Below, piece by piece: positions 1 to 16,824 of a stretch of 64,000 nt of DNA (position 1 is its first letter; the number at the start of each line of letters is the position of its first letter). Both the position numbers and the translations under genes were made by a program. Location: the NCBI RefSeq assembly GCF_009914755.1, contig NC_060939.1; one strand, 5' to 3'. This DNA is from the human T2T-CHM13v2.0 reference genome, Homo sapiens. Under the pieces are notes generated by a model. The model did no database searches. It was not told where the DNA came from and saw nothing but the letters and a program-made list of their open reading frames with translations.

Positions 1-1219
<1,219 letters not shown>

Positions 1220-1807
1220 TTAATCCATTTCATGATGATTGTTGTGTCATTCTTGTTGCCGGCAGAACTATCCTCTCCTGGACATGAGGCCACACAGACA
1301 TGCCGAGTGCAGGTAAAACACATGGCATGGAGTGGCTCTTGGTCAGGAGCAGACCCTGAGAAGTCAGTACTACTCTCCCTCATGCCACTAGGGAAAATGA
1401 AACCGGTTCCATCCCCATCTCACCCATCCCGCCCCATCCTTGCCCTGCAGCACCCCTCCTCTGCCCTGCACCCCCTACTGCCCTCCACCCCAGTACAGCC
1501 ACTCGGAGCTGGGCTGCATGTGTGGCCCTGCACAGGGCATGGTGACTTGGGTTGTGCCTGCCTCCCACCCATATGAGGGTGGATCCTGCCTGGAGGCCTC
1601 TGGAGCTGGGACCTCTGCAGGTCTTCCCACAGGGATGTGTTGAAGCAAGGGGGCAAGTTTACTCACACTTAGAGAATGTTGTGGAGGGCGCTGGCCTCAA
1701 AAGGACATCCTGGCTCACTGGCTGCCAGCACCACCACACTGTGCAGTATGCTATGCTTCCAGGCAAGGAACTACAGTTGGGAAATCTACAGACATTTCCC
1801 TTTATGG

Positions 1808-2270
<463 letters not shown>

Positions 2271-4509
2271 ACCAGGTGTAGTCTCCGAAGGGTGCAGGCG
2301 GGGACCATGGGATGCTTGGGCACTGGTTGATTGGGTCAGATTTCGTCCTCATGTGACCAGGAGTTTATAGATATGCCCCATGTTATCTTTCCTATAGCCT
2401 TGTGCCCTGTAGCACACTATTCTGCAAAAAAATCAGGAACATACATTCATCATGAGAAGAAAGCCAGCATTTGTAGCTACTGTCTAACCCCCCTCTGCTT
2501 CACTGAGCTGGAGAGGATCCTCCTATCAGAGGCTGGGCCTGGCCGGGTAACCCACAGATCAGTGACCCCCCTCAGGAACCAGATCCCTGAGGCTGGCTGG
2601 GGTGCTGAATGGCCCTGACCACCTCACTGGAATCCAGTGGCTCTGCTTCCTAGGGCATGTTTACTGCAAAGCCCCAGCTCAGCTTTGCTGTCCCTGCATT
2701 TCACTAAACTCTGCCGTTGAACTCAAGCACCAAAACTCCCCCTTGTGAATCGAGAGTCCAAGTTTGCCACAGGCTTATAAAATCACAGATATTAGAGATA
2801 CTGTGAATTATGCACCAGATGGACCCAATTAACTCCCCAACTAATGTGATTGGGGAAGGAAATAGCTCATTAGAAACTTGTAAACTACCAACTCTCACAG
2901 CTGTGTTCTAATTACAGTACAGCCACAGATAAAAATAATCACGCCTTCTGCTGAGAGGCCGTTCATGACCCTTCCAAACTTGGAATCATGCAGGGATCAA
3001 CCTCAGTCTAGCTCTGAGCATTGCTGGCCTCAGAGCTAATCAACCCAAATGCAAATCCACAAGTTAAAAAGGGAAATCAGTAGAAGCTGGTGGGGAAACA
3101 TGAGAATAAATCCATAAACCCCCAAAATAATTCCACCCCATCAGATACTCTATAAACTGTGAATAGATGCAAAGCAAATAATGACACTACGATACGATGT
3201 AAAACTAGAATACTATTTCTGCATTTTCACAGAGGTCTAATGCCCTGCATTAAGCAAGCTCACAGGCTTCGACAAAATTCCAAATTGAGAAATGTTAAAT
3301 TTTGCAATTCTGTATTTTATCAGAATGTTACCAATAATTCCTCAATGGGTACTGGCCCAGGTGCTGTTCTAGGAAGGGGGTAATGGACAGGTGAGTTGCT
3401 GGCCTATCGCCTTACTCAGGCACGTAAGACTCTGTGAGCAAGTATAACGCAAGGTGAAGACCGTAGAAGCAGACAGGGATGGCGATGGCAATGACTGCGC
3501 TGCCAGGTAAGGCTTCACAGAGGGAATCTGAGGTGGGTCTTCAAGGCAGGTTTGAATTTCATGTAGATCAGAATGAAAATATTAAATGGGATTCCACTTT
3601 CAAAAGCGAGACTGGAAAGGCCATTCTGATATAGCCTCAGTTGCGTGTGTATGTAACTATACTGATATCAGAAAATCACCAAAGAGTTGGTTGGAGAGGC
3701 TTGTGGCCACAGCGTCATCGTTACAGTCATTGGTACCTTTCCTTGGCACACACATGGTGTGTATCTCCAGGCAGCACCCACATGGGTGGGCCATGGAGGG
3801 CACAAGACAGCCACGTTCACCTTCACACACCTGGGAAGGAAGATGCCTCTTAGGAGGTGTGGGAGGGAAGAGGGGACCAGGAAACGCCCCCCAACCTCAA
3901 TAGCCTGACCAAGGTGGAGGTGCTCTTCCTTCATCACAAAGCACAGTGACAACCCTCTCCCAGCCCCTGTGCCAGATATTAGGCCCTCAAAGTGACCCTG
4001 GCTGATTCCAAGCATTTCTCAAGGCATCACCCACACTGCCCAAGAGATGGTCACTGTGCTGGGCACAGCTGTTCCACTCAGGGCTACTACCATGGCTACC
4101 TCCCTCCAGGCTCCCAAAACAAGCCTGGGCTCTTGCTGATGAGGCCCCTGGAGTCCAGACATGCTGCCCCAGCCCATGAGGTCTCCCAAAGAGGGGGACC
4201 TCACCTCAGAGGCCCCACCTCAGAGGGCCTCCCAGCACAAGACCACACTCTCTGCTCTTGCAACTAGCTGAGCCTATTCTGGGCACTTTGTCTCACGATG
4301 CTCAGCGCAACCACGGGCAGGAATTGTTGTTATGTCCATCTTAGAATGACAAGACCAATACCTGGCAAAAGTGGTAGCCCACTGAGCTCAGGTCATCTGC
4401 TCCCAACCACTGCCCCCACAGGCAAGTGGACAGCTGTCTCCGGATCCCCCACCCTGGCTCACCCCCTTCTAAACTCATGAGGGTCCAGAGTAACAGAAGA
4501 TAGAAATCG

Positions 4510-4893
4510 CTATATGAGTGTGGGTGTGTGTTTGTAAATGTGTATATATGTATGTGTATAAATATGTGCATGTATATATGTGGGCATGTGTAAGTGCATA
4601 TATATGTATGTGTAAATATGTGCATGTATATAGGTGCATGTGTATGTAAATATGTGTATGTATACAAATACTGTACATATATGTATTATAGGTATATGTG
4701 TGTATGGGTATGTGTGCACACATGTATGTGTGTATGTATGTGTATGTGTGTATGCATATATACATGTATAAATGTGTGTGGATGCATATAATCATGTGTG
4801 CATGCATGTACACATGTATAACTGTGTGGGTATGTATGCATGCATGTATGAAGTGTGTGTTTATGTGTGTGCATAGCTATGTACATGTGCGTG
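4510..4893. repeat. Degenerate (TG/TA/TATG)n purine-pyrimidine tract
   Basis: Directly visible; source of the His/Thr/Tyr/Cys-rich spurious ORFs. Confidence 0.95.
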
Positions 4894-5242
4894 CTGGTCC
4901 TCTGGAGATGGCCAAATGGCTCCTGCAGGCACAGCAGCATGTTTGTGGCCAAGAGGAGCCCCACCTCAACGTGTTTTCTGATCCTGGCAACACCTCCCAC
5001 ACCCATCTTGACTGGCTCCAGAGCCTGGCCGGCTCTGCCCTGACACAGGGCCCAAATGTTGAGACCTCAATACATCACGTTTCATGAAGACAGTTCTATG
5101 TTGCTGCCATAGAGATACCCCTCTCCCAAAATTACATAAGGATTTCTTCACATGTGCTTTTTCTAGTACTCTTACATTATTGTTACTTACACATAAGTCC
5201 AAGATTTATCTTGGCAAAAAACTGAATGCAACTTTTTGTTAC

Positions 5243-5618
5243 TGTATTAGCCCGTTCTCATGCTGCTATAAAAAAACTGCCTGAGACACTGGGTAATTTA
5301 TAAAGAAAAGAGGTTTAATTGACTCACAGTTCCACATGGCTGGGAAGGCCTCAGAAAATTTACAATCATGGCAGAAGGAGAAGCAAACATGTCCTTCTTC
5401 ACGTGGTGGGAGGAGAGAGAAGAATGAGAGCAGAGCAAAGGGGGAAGCCCCTTATAAAACCATCAGCTCTTGTGAGAACTCATTTACTATCACCAGAATA
5501 GCATGGGGGAAACCACGCCCGTGATTCAATTATCTCCACCTGTTCCCACCCTTGACATGTGGGGATTATTACAATTCAAGGTGAGATTTGGGTGGGGACA
5601 CAGAGCCAAACCCTATCA
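5243..5618 (-). mobile_element. THE1/MST (ERVL-MaLR) solo LTR
   Basis: tgtattagcccgttctcatgctgct...gggacacagagccaaaccctatca; TSD gttac/gttcc. Confidence 0.85.
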
Positions 5619-8600
5619 GTTCCTCTCCAAATGCGTGTCCACTTTCGTAACATGGGTGAGCCACACTTTTGCAGTTGTCTAAGAGGTTGGGTTTGCTGAG
5701 TTTGTCATACACCTGTATCTGGGACTTTCCTGTTATTCCTGTGTTGGTGTGGCATTATATAAAATGTGGCCAGTTACAGGACAAAGTTCCCTCATTCCTT
5801 CTCGTCTTTCGTGTTTCTCTTCACATATTTGTTTTTTCACATATCTGATCTCACACTTGCATTTTTCCCCAAAACTTTTATCTGCAAAAGAAGCCTCGTC
5901 AAGTTGTAAAGCAATTGCACTGAGACTTCTTCCAGGTTTGCTTTCATTTCAATGCTGTTTCCCCTGAGAACCGCTCATTGCAGAAGTTCGAGGGCTTTGG
6001 GCAGAGTTGGCCTTTCACGTAGGTACTGAACATCCATGGAAGTGTGCTCCTAGATGGTTTGTTTGGGGTGGTATCCTCAATGGGTGTCTTCCTTACATTT
6101 TCCAAGGCTTAGGAAAGCTATGTGTGGAATGCTGTGGGGCCTGGCCCCTCCCAGGCCACATCACAGTGGTTTGGTGCTCCAGCCTCCTCAAGTGAGTGGG
6201 TATGGCCAGCGGGGAGCCAAGCCCACCTGAGCAGGGAAGGCCGGCTCCCTCACCTGCAGCCTCCTCGAGGGCCACCTCCCCTCAGGGACATCTCCCCGGC
6301 CTATGTCCCCCACCCCTAGGTGCCTGGCCATCCTCACGGTGCAGCAGGACAGAAGAAGCTGGGAACCCCAGCTGACCCCTGCTTCAGATGCAGAGCATGG
6401 ATTGCTCATCTCCGGAGGAGACAGCAAGTGGTCAAGGACCTGCCAGGAGCCCTGGGATTCCAGAACTCAACCGGGATCTGACTGGGGGAGCAGAAAAGGC
6501 CAGAGAGAAAGGAGAGACACAAGAGGGCAGAGACCCAGAGCAGTGTCTGTTCCTAGGACACTGTCCCCTGGTCCCCTGCACTCCAGGGGCCCCTGGAGCC
6601 TCGTGGCCCTGGGCTCTGGCCACCTTGCTGTACAAGTGCCTGCAACGCTGACTGGGGGCTGGCCAGTTCAGTCTGGGTAACCAGAGGGAGAGCCTCGCTC
6701 CACAGCCCACCATGGGACCTGCCTGTGTGCTTCCCATGTAGAAACAGCGTTTTCATATGCAGAGAAGTCTGACATGAAACAGTCCACTTGGCCATGATTT
6801 CTCAAGAATTCCCACTGACAGGAGCCTCTCTTCTTGAGCACTGGCATTCATGACAAAATTCTACCACTGGCTGGATGGGAGACGTTCCTATTGCTTGTGC
6901 AACTTTAAGTTTTCCCCCAGAAAATTTGTCCACAGGAGGAACAAGACGGGCTGTCTGGGACTCACTGGCCGGAAGCCAAACCCAACACCTGTCAAGATGT
7001 AGGACCCTGCACTGGGAAAACGGTTGCCCTCCCTGCTCAGGGACATCTGCACAGCACACTGCATTCCTGTCCTTTGGGGTGACGTGGGGGCACGCTGCTT
7101 TACTTCTTTCCACTGCTCTTTGAAAACTGAGTCGTTAGGAAAGCATCAGCAGTGGACATGTGTGTGTGGAGGATGGCAGTGTGGCTCCCAGGTGACACCT
7201 GCATCACTGCTGAGCTCCACACCCTCCAGGGCTGTCCATGTGACACCCCAGTGGGGCTCATCACGCGCTCCTATCCCTGCCCCTGCAAGTCCCTGCCAGG
7301 GTGAGCTCAACAGGGCTCCACACTATATGAATATTCAGGTGCTAGACCCTTAGTGAGTACCACGATGCTGAGTGTCTCTCTCGGAGCCAGGCAACGAGGA
7401 CAGGGACATAGGCCAGTGGGGTGGCCCCTGCCCCAGCTGCCTGCCCCCTGCCTCTGGTGCATGTGTGACCTTGGGCAGTCGGTGCACCCTCTCAGGCCCC
7501 CCTCCTAGTTCAGCAGAGGCAGTGGCTGCATTTCTAGAAAGGGAGGGCCCATAGGAAAGCATGCTTTAGGTTTGTATTGCTTTTCTGAACACACTTCTTC
7601 CATTGCAAAGTTGCAATGATTGATAGCATAAAATAGAACACATGTTTCAGAAAGGATTCTGGCACAAAAAGTCTGATTCCTAAGAGCTTCAAATAGGAAA
7701 TGCATTTAGACTTTACATTTTATGAATACATTGAAGAAAGCACCTTTTTGAAACTATCCAATTCTCCAGTGCTTGTAGGTGATGGTCTCATTATTTTTGA
7801 TCCACAAGAACACCTGGCAACCTACAGGAGCTAGAATCCAATGCTCATGGAAATCAACTCTATGAAACTCCAAGACATTGCCCTGTGATGTTGCCACGGC
7901 CCTCAACATAATAGCAGCTCTCTATGGGGCCTGCACTGTGAGAAGCCTCCATGCCCTTGTCAGGGTATCTGTGCCCCTGAGATGTCCTGGAGACCAGTGA
8001 ATCCCTTGGCCTGCCCAGCCACTGTCACTGCTGCATCAGCTCTGTAACAGACAGGGCCCCACAGACAAGGCTCCTACACTCCCAGAATGTCTGCTCCCCA
8101 CCAAGAAATGGCCCTACTACACATACTCCAAAAACATTGGCCCAAAAATACATATAAGCTACTCTTGCATTCAAATATTTATCGAGCACTCGCTTGGCCA
8201 GGGGCAGGCATGAACAAGACACACTCCCTGCTCTCAGACAGCAAAGCCTCCTGGGCACAAGCCCTCTGAGAGTAAGACAGGTAAGCAGCCGCTGCTGCAG
8301 GGGAACAGGTGGGAACAACGTCATCACAAAGACGGGTGGGATTTGTACTCAGAAAACTCAGGAGTAAAGCAGGAGGGGAAAGTAAACTGTCCAACAAGAC
8401 TGATCCCTTCCCAGATCAACCAAACTAAGCCACCAGGCTGGACCCTGTGACTACTGGATCGTAAACAGCCTCACACACCGGGAGGCAGCCTGCCTGGTCC
8501 TGGCACAGCGGGGAGTGACATGTGAGGACCCACCCAGAGCTGGGTACCTGCAGCAGGTCACCCTGGCCCACCAAGTGCCCTGGTACCCTGAAGGGCTGGT

Positions 8601-11600
8601 AGACATTCTCTCATAGCCTTATAAGGGCCTGGGAACTGACCCTCAAAGCTTGAGGGTCCCCCCCAATAATGAAATGAGAGACTTTGGGGAAATGCTATCC
8701 ACATGCATAGCCACTTGAATGCTGAAGGCAAAACTGCAGCAGGAGGGTTGATAAGGGGTGGCTCTGGGTGCTGGTCCACTGCCCACAGGGAAGGACGAAG
8801 GCCAGGAGCTGGGCCTGGCTGCTGCCACCCTTGCCTCTACCGCCTCTTCCGTCTGCAATGTCCTCTGGGAATTGGCCTTCCTCTGTGGTGGGGCCTTTGT
8901 CCGATTTTTTCTGAGCGCTCCCTCTTTCATCTGCCTCTAGCAGGGAAGGCTCCCTCTGCAGCTGCAGGAATCATGCAGGAGGTACTGGCCCAGGGCACGC
9001 TGGCCACCTGGCTCAGGCCCCACCACCCACCCTGCCACCCTGTGCCCCTCCACTGCTCATTTTCTGGACTCCCTGTCACCTCCTCATCCCCCTGAGGTGG
9101 CAAACCCAGACACATCTCAGAGAGATGGGGTGGTGCCCTGCTGGGAACATGATGTCGACTTCTCTATTTCTTAGAGACCAGTGTTAGTGACTTTATGTAT
9201 GTTGCTCTTTTGTATAAATAGTAATAATCCAGGTGACCAAAACACTTAACAGAAAATTGTCACTATTTCAGCCCCCAAAATAGCTATGAACAGCTCCTCC
9301 CTTGCAGGCAAGTGGGACTAGAAGAGGTAATAAACGTAGCATCCCAGAGCCCAGTCCAGGGGGCAGGTGTGCAGGGGAGAGTCTGCGCTGGGGTGCAAGC
9401 CTGTGGTCCAGGGCCTGGGTCCTCTCCCTGCTCCCAGAAGTCCTGAGGGGATGCAGTGGAGGTCCCCAAGGGCCCCGCAGATGAGGACAGCTCTGGTGCT
9501 GGATGAAGGGGCACATTCCCACTGGGTCCAGAGAGCGCTCAGTGAAGCCTGCCTTCCCCTAGGAAAAGGAGAGTGCATAGGACATTAGATCACACCAAAT
9601 GCACCTCACTGCTTAGAAGGCGACAAACTGCACTTTCTGAAGATGTTTGAAAGCCTGCCCTGTCCACTCAAGCTCCAGTTCCTCCCTGTGCCCACAAGAG
9701 AGCAGAAGACTGAGAAGGTGAAGGCTGGCCTGCAGGAGCCACGCAGGGCAAAGCTGGTCTGCATTTGGGGAACATCCTGGAGCTGCAGGGAGGTGGGGCG
9801 TGAGCTACTGCAGTGGCCAGGGAAATCAGTTATTCATTTGAATAACCCAAAACTTATCAGCAAAGGAATAAGGTAAATCTTATTTTTTCCTTATTAAAAT
9901 CATCAGAAGGATAAGATAGGCTGAGTGTGGTGGCCCTTGCCTGTAATCCCAGCACTTTGGGAGGCCAAGGCAGGAGGACCCCTTGAGCACAGGTCAAGCA
10001 TGCAGTGAGCTATGACTGCACCACTGCACTCCAACCTGAGCGACAGAGCAAGACCCTGTCTCAGAAATAGTAATAATAATAATCATCATCATCATAAGAC
10101 AAATCTAAATTTGAGATTAACTAAAAGATGTACTACATTAAAATTATGTGAAAAGAACAATTTTTAAAGACTTCTAAATGCCTTTTGCTCCCTAGTAGTA
10201 AAGTCTTCTGCAGATTTTCCATTTTATTGACCCAAAAAGGGAAGAGCAAATCTCCTCTTGGAAGGAAGCATGCCTGGGCAGAGCTGGAACACGCACTGGG
10301 TCACTTCGTGTGTAATTCATTCACTCCAGTTTCTATTAAATATAACCGGCCGCTAGTCCCCTTGATGAATGGGAGCATGTGAAGTCAATTAGTACTTACT
10401 CCGTTTCTTTCTATTTAAGAGTCTCTCTTTATGTACACATTCATTCAAGCCAAAGTTCAGACTCCCAATCAGGATTTCTCCCCACCCAAGGAGCAGCACA
10501 CACAATGGCACCATGAAAGGGGAAGGCTGTGGGCGAGCACACGCCGCATGCCCCTCATGCAACCCGCTGCTTCCACCAACCCTCATGGCATTGCAGGAGC
10601 TCCCACCCCTGGTGCCAGCACCTCTGCTGCAGTCTCATGTTTCACCTGGTCCCTGCCAGGCTCCTCAGGGTGCCGGCCCCGCACTGAGGCAGGTGGGAAG
10701 TGTAGGTCCCCAGCATGCCTGCCTGGAACTGGAGGCCAGGAATCAGTCTCAGACCACCTCATGGACACTGCTCCAGCAAGGCCTGCACGCCCTCTAGCTG
10801 GGGCACTGCAGGCTGGGATGTGCTGACCAGACCAGCACCTCCTGCCCAGCCTTGCGAAATGATCACCTTGCTGCTATGAATTTTATTTTTTTTAATCCTA
10901 GCTTGAAATACAAAATGAGCAATGACTTGTCTGTTCTAAGCCAAACCTAATCTTCTTGCACCCTTGTGGGGATAGAAAAGCACTTCCACTTAGTATCTCA
11001 AAAGTATTATTTTTGTAAGATGAGATTTGCTTTCAAATCAAAGGAAGACGAGGTAACAGCAGGAATGGCACAGAAAGGACGTGTAGACATTCTCTCCTCC
11101 ATAGAAGCAGCAAAAACAGACAAAACTTGTCAAAATCAATATTTTCAGAACTTTGGAAGTTAACAAAAGTATAAAACAATCCATGGAGCATGTATTCTAG
11201 AGGATGGCCAAGTCTCAGTGAGAAAATTTTAACTTGCTCTACTGCCATATCCCTTTACCCAGTTCTGTGCTGGGCTTGAAAATCAGCCCTGCCATGATGG
11301 TGAAAACCAGAGGCCTAGTAGCCATTGAAGAGAGCAGAATTGGACTAGGGCACTTCCAAATCTCCTTTACAGAGAACTGGCACTATTGGAGCTGTCTGGC
11401 AGTACCTTGACTACCCCTCTCACAGGTACCATCTGTATTGGACCAGGCTCAGAGCTCCAGAGGTGAATAGCCTTCTCTCCTGGGCGTTTGCCACAAACAA
11501 TGAGCAGCAAGTGTTTAACATCACAGCTTCCTGAGGCAGCAACAGCCACTGGGGCTAACAAGAAGCCAACCAAAAAACACAAAAGAAAAAGCAGTTTGTA

Positions 11601-12309
11601 AAGCTTCAACACATTCCTAGGCATTCAAGCACAGGGCTGTACGTGTGCCCAAGAGGGACCTGTGAAGTTCTACCCACTCACCTCTGGATGACCGTGAGGC
11701 TCTGCAGAAGCCAGAAGTGAAGAAGAAGGCAGAATGTCTGGCTGGAAGCTGAAAGCCGACCCCAACATGCACACACAGCCCCTTGACAAAGGCAGGGAGA
11801 CTTAATGGTCCCAGCCCTTATTTAAGAATACCTCTGTCCAGTCACTAACTGAACAGAGAATTCACTGGCCATACACAACAAAGAATACAGACTCAAAAAC
11901 ATGAGTTCAGGAAAGTCACTAAACAAACAGGAACAGCAAAAAGCCCTGGGAAGGGGGAAGAATCTGATTACTAGAGCTTCCATATTATATTCTTTTAAAT
12001 GTCCAGTCTGACAAAAATATACACATGCAAAGACATGTATGGTCCATACACAAGAAAAAAAAATGGTAAATAGGATGGAGTCCTTGTGAATGGAATTAGT
12101 GTCCATATTAAAAGAGGCCCAGAGAGTGCACTCACCCCTTCCACCAGGTGAGTACACAGAGAGAAGGCACCATTTACGAGGAACAGGCCCTCACCAGCAC
12201 CTTGACTTTGCACTTCCCAGCCTCCAGAACTATGAGAAATAATGTTCTGTTGTTTATAAGCTACTCAGTTTATGGCATTTTGTTACAGTAGCCTTAATGG
12301 ACTAAGACA

Positions 12310-15300
12310 TCTAATCTGACATTTCATATAAATGAAAACATACAATTTATCGTTTTTTATATCTGGCTTCTTTCACTGAGCATGTCCTTAAGGTTTATCC
12401 AAGTGGTAGCACATATCAGTACTTCTTCTATTTTTATGGGAACTATGTTCTGTTGTATGGATATGCCAAATTTTGTTTATCCATTCATGAATTGATGGGC
12501 AATGAGGTTGCTTCTTTCTTTGGCCATTAGGAATAATGCTGCTTTGAACACATATGCACAAGTTTTACACAGGCATGTCTTTTCAATTTTGTTGTGTACA
12601 TACCTAGTAACAGAAATGCTGTATCAAATGGCAACTCCATGCTGAACAGTTTGAGGAACTGCTGAACTGTTTTCCAAAATGGCAGCACTATTTTATATTC
12701 CCACTGGCAATGCATGAGAGTTCCAATTTCTCCACATCAGCCCTAACACTTGTCATTGCCATCTTTTTTATGATAGCCATCCTATTGGGTGTCAAATGGC
12801 ATCTCACTGAGCTTTTAATTTGCATTTCTCTAAATACCACTGATGTTGAGCATCTTTTCAGTTGCTTACAGGCCATTTGAATATCTTCTTTGGAGAAATG
12901 CCTATTTAAATATTTTGCCTGTGGGCATGGGGGGAGTCTTTTTATTATGGAGTTGTAAGAGTTCTATATATATTCCGAATACTAGTCCCTTATCAGATAT
13001 ATTGTCAGCCATTATTTTCTCCCGTTCTGTTGCTTGTCTTTCCACTTCTTGACAGTGTCCCTTTTATTCACAAAAGTTTTTCTTTTTGATAAAGTCCAAT
13101 TTATGTACTTTTTTTGTTTGTGCTTTTAGCATCAAATCTAAGATACTGCATAATTCAAAGTCACAAAGATTTATAACCATGTTTTCTTCTAGGAGTTTTA
13201 TAGTTTTAGAACTTGCATTTAGGTCTATGATCCCTTTTGAGTTAATTTTTGTATATGATGTGAAGTAGGGGTCCAACTTCATTCTTTTGCATGTGGATAG
13301 CCAGTTATCCCAGCACAATTTGTTGGAAAGACTATTCTTTCTGTATTTATTTGTTTTAATACCCTTGGTGAAAATCAATTGAATTTACATATAAGAGTTT
13401 ATTTCTGGAGTCTTGATCCTCTTTCATTAATCTGTATGTCTATCCTTATGCCAGAAACACACAGTCTTAAATTACTGTGGCTTTGTAGTAACTTCTGAAA
13501 GCAGAAAGCATGAGTCTTCCAAGTGCTATTCTTTTACAAGGTTGTTTTGGCTATTCTGGATTGCTTGCATTTCTCTATGACTTGCAGGATCAGTGTGCTG
13601 AAAATGTAGATTAATTTGGGTAGTAATGCCATTTAACAATAGTAAGTATATCTTCTTGATGAATTGACACTTTTATTACCAGAAATTCTTGTCTCTAGTA
13701 ACAATTTTTGTCTTAAAGTCTATTTTGTCCAATATTAGTATAGTCTCTCTACCTCTCTTTTGATTACTGTTTTCATGATATACCTTTTTCCATTCTTTTA
13801 CCTTCAGCCTATTTGGGGTTTTGATTCTAAAGTGTGTTTCTTGGCGATAGCATACAGTTGGATCATTTACTTTACCCAGTCTGCCAATTTCTGCCTTTTG
13901 GTTGAAGTATTTAATCCATCTATGTTTAATATAATTACCATTGAGGTAAGATTTATCTGCTACTTTGGTATTTTTTTCTATATGCCTCATGTTTTTTTCT
14001 GTTCCTCACTTCTCCATTACTGCCTTCTTTGAAGTCAAATAGATATTTGCTAGTGTATCATTTTGATTCCTTTCTTCTTTTTTTACTATATGTTATTTTA
14101 GTTATTTTCTTGTGATTGCTGAGAGGATTACAATTATCATCTTAAAACAATCTATTTAGAACTAGTGCCAACTTAATTTCAGCTCTATACAGAACCTTTG
14201 CTCCTACATAACTCTATTTCCTCTCACCTGTTTGTTCTATTGCTGACTATAAAGTACACGTTTACACATTGTATATCCTTTAACAAAGATTTATAATTAC
14301 TGCTTTATGCAACTGTCATTTAAAGCAGATGGTAGAATGAAGGAGTTGCATAGAAAAACATACATTTATGCTGTGTTTTATGTTTTCCTATACAGATTTC
14401 TTTACTGGTGCTCTGTTTTTCCTTATGTGGATTTGAGATACTGTCTAGTGTGCTTTCATTTCAGCTTGAAAAACTCCCTTTAACAATTTTTGTGGGAAAG
14501 GTATAGTGTTAAAGAACTCCCTCAGCTTTTGTTGGTATGGGAATTTCTTAACATCTCCCTCATTTTTGAAGGGCAGTTTTGCCAGATATAGAATTTTTAG
14601 TTGACAGTATGTTTCTTTTAACATTTTATATATGTCATCCCACTGCCTTCTGGCCTCCATGGTTTCTGATGAAAAATCAACTGTGCATGTAATTAAGGAT
14701 CCCTTGTATGTGACAAGTCACTTCTCTCTCAGTGCTTTCAAGATTCTCTCTTTGGCCTTCACATGTGTCTTGCTATAAGTCTCTTTAAGTTTACCTTATT
14801 TGGAATTCATCGAGCTTCTTGGATTTGTACATCTGTGTCGTTTTCAGTTATTATTTCTTTAAAATGTTTTCTGGTCCTTTCTCTCTCTCTCTCTCTTCTC
14901 TGTCTGGAACACCCATAATGTGTATGTTGTACTATTTGATGGCTTTCCACAGGTCCCTTGGGCTCTATTCACATTTCTTCATTCTTTTTTCTTTCTGCCT
15001 CTCAGATTAAACAGTTTCAATTGTCCTATCTTCAAGCCTGCTGATTCTTTCCTCTGCCTTCCTAAATCTGCTGTTGAATGCCACTTGTGAGTTTTTCATT
15101 TCATTTATACTTTTCAGCTCAAGAATTTCTTGCTGATTTCTTTTTTATAATTTCTATCTCTTTGTTGATAGACTCATTTTGTTCATACGGTGTTTTTCTT
15201 ATTTCCCATATTTATTTGTCCTTCTTTTTCCTTTAGCTATCTGAGCATATTTAAGATAGATGTTTTAAAGACTTTTTTCAGGAGGTATTAATATGATGTC
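12310..15300 (-). mobile_element. Old L1M fragments (3'UTR, ORF2 and ORF1 remnants)
   Basis: Degenerate L1 peptides (KLCWDNWLSTCKRMKLDPY; QETHFRIK..RLKVKEWKKVYHENSNQK; MEARRQWDDIYKMLKE). Confidence 0.8.
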
Positions 15301-16824
15301 TGGGCTTCCTCAAGGATGGAAAGAAACAAATCCATTTAAAGGATTTAAATGGATTTGTTTCTTTGTATGTCTTGGGGTTTTTTTTTTTATTATTATTGTT
15401 GTTGAAACACTTTGTTGTTGGTGGCAGTGGTTGCTGTTGTTGTCACTGTTATTAAATGCTGTAGCAGTCCATTGGTTTAGGTACTTTTCCAAACTATTTT
15501 TCCAAGGACTGTATCCCTTTTCATGTCTGTTTCCTAACATCATGTTCAGCTAATGTTTTGACAGAGATTTTCTTCAATACCAGGAGATTTTACAAGCAAA
15601 CCAGAAAAAGAGAAAACACAAAACCAAAGAAGCAAACACCTTTCCCAGTCTTTGCAAAGTGGCTCTGATGGAGCACTTCATCAACAATTATCAAGTCTCC
15701 CACTGAGACTAAGATTAAGCTTGAGGTGAAAGTTTAGGGTTTTCTATGGTCTTTTCTGAGCATGCATCTCACCCTAATTATGTATGTGGCTTTCTAAGTT
15801 CATCCACACACAGGTACTTTTGAGTATCCTAAGTTCCCAAGGAATCTCCTACAGCTTTTGCACCTAGGTTTTAGGCAGTCTATTGTATGCCTCAATCAGT
15901 ATGCATCTGCCCTAGGCCTCTATAGTTTGTCAGACTCTCTGACAGTATCTTCAAGCAATGCCCATCACTTTTCCAGCTTATGTTCTGAGTTAGGCAAAAC
16001 AGAGCTCAGAGTCTTGTGTCAATCCTTCAGTGAGCCCACAGACAAATCAGAGCAAACGCAATAATTTACAGTTTCCACAACTCTTAGTGCTGGTTCTAAG
16101 AGTTTCTGCTTGTTTTCAACGTTTCTGGGGGTCGAATAAGAGCTTGGAACTGCTCACTTTGCCATTTTGCCATCACTATTCCTCTGCAGTAAGTCATTGC
16201 TTTGGGGATTATTTTGTATCTAAAGATAAATTAGGGGGAAACTGTCATCTTAATTATGTTGTTTTCCAATCCAGGAACATTGAAGGCTCTCTACTTATCT
16301 AAATCTTCTTTAAGTTCTCTCAGCAATATTTTGTGTTGTTCAATTATAAATCTTGTACTTTTTATTAAATTTAATCCTAAAAATGTGATTCTTCTTAATG
16401 ATTTTGTGAAACAGTTTTCTTAATTTTATTTTCAGATTATTCATTACTAACATATAAAGACAATTAGTTTTTGTATGTTGATTTATAAAACTGTCTTTAT
16501 TCACAGACATGATTATTTACTTAGAAAATCCCCCACAAAAAAATCTACAAACAAAAAAGTTGCTATACTTAATAAGTTACTTTAGCAAGTTTGCAGAACA
16601 CAAGATCAATGTACAAAAATCAATTCTGTTTTATGTACCAACACTGAACAAATGTAAATTGATGTTTTACAACAACACCAAAAAATGAGTCACTTGGAGA
16701 TAAATCTTACAAAATATGTCCAACACCTATCACTGAAAACTATAAAATTTTGCTTAGAGAAATTAAATAATACCCAAACAAATGGAAAGATAAGCCATGT
16801 TCCTAGAGCAGAAGATTCAATATT

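Noticed and set aside
16190-16820. Head-to-head L1M ORF2 fragments resembling a palindrome
   Set aside because: The arms are highly diverged and look like two independent old insertions
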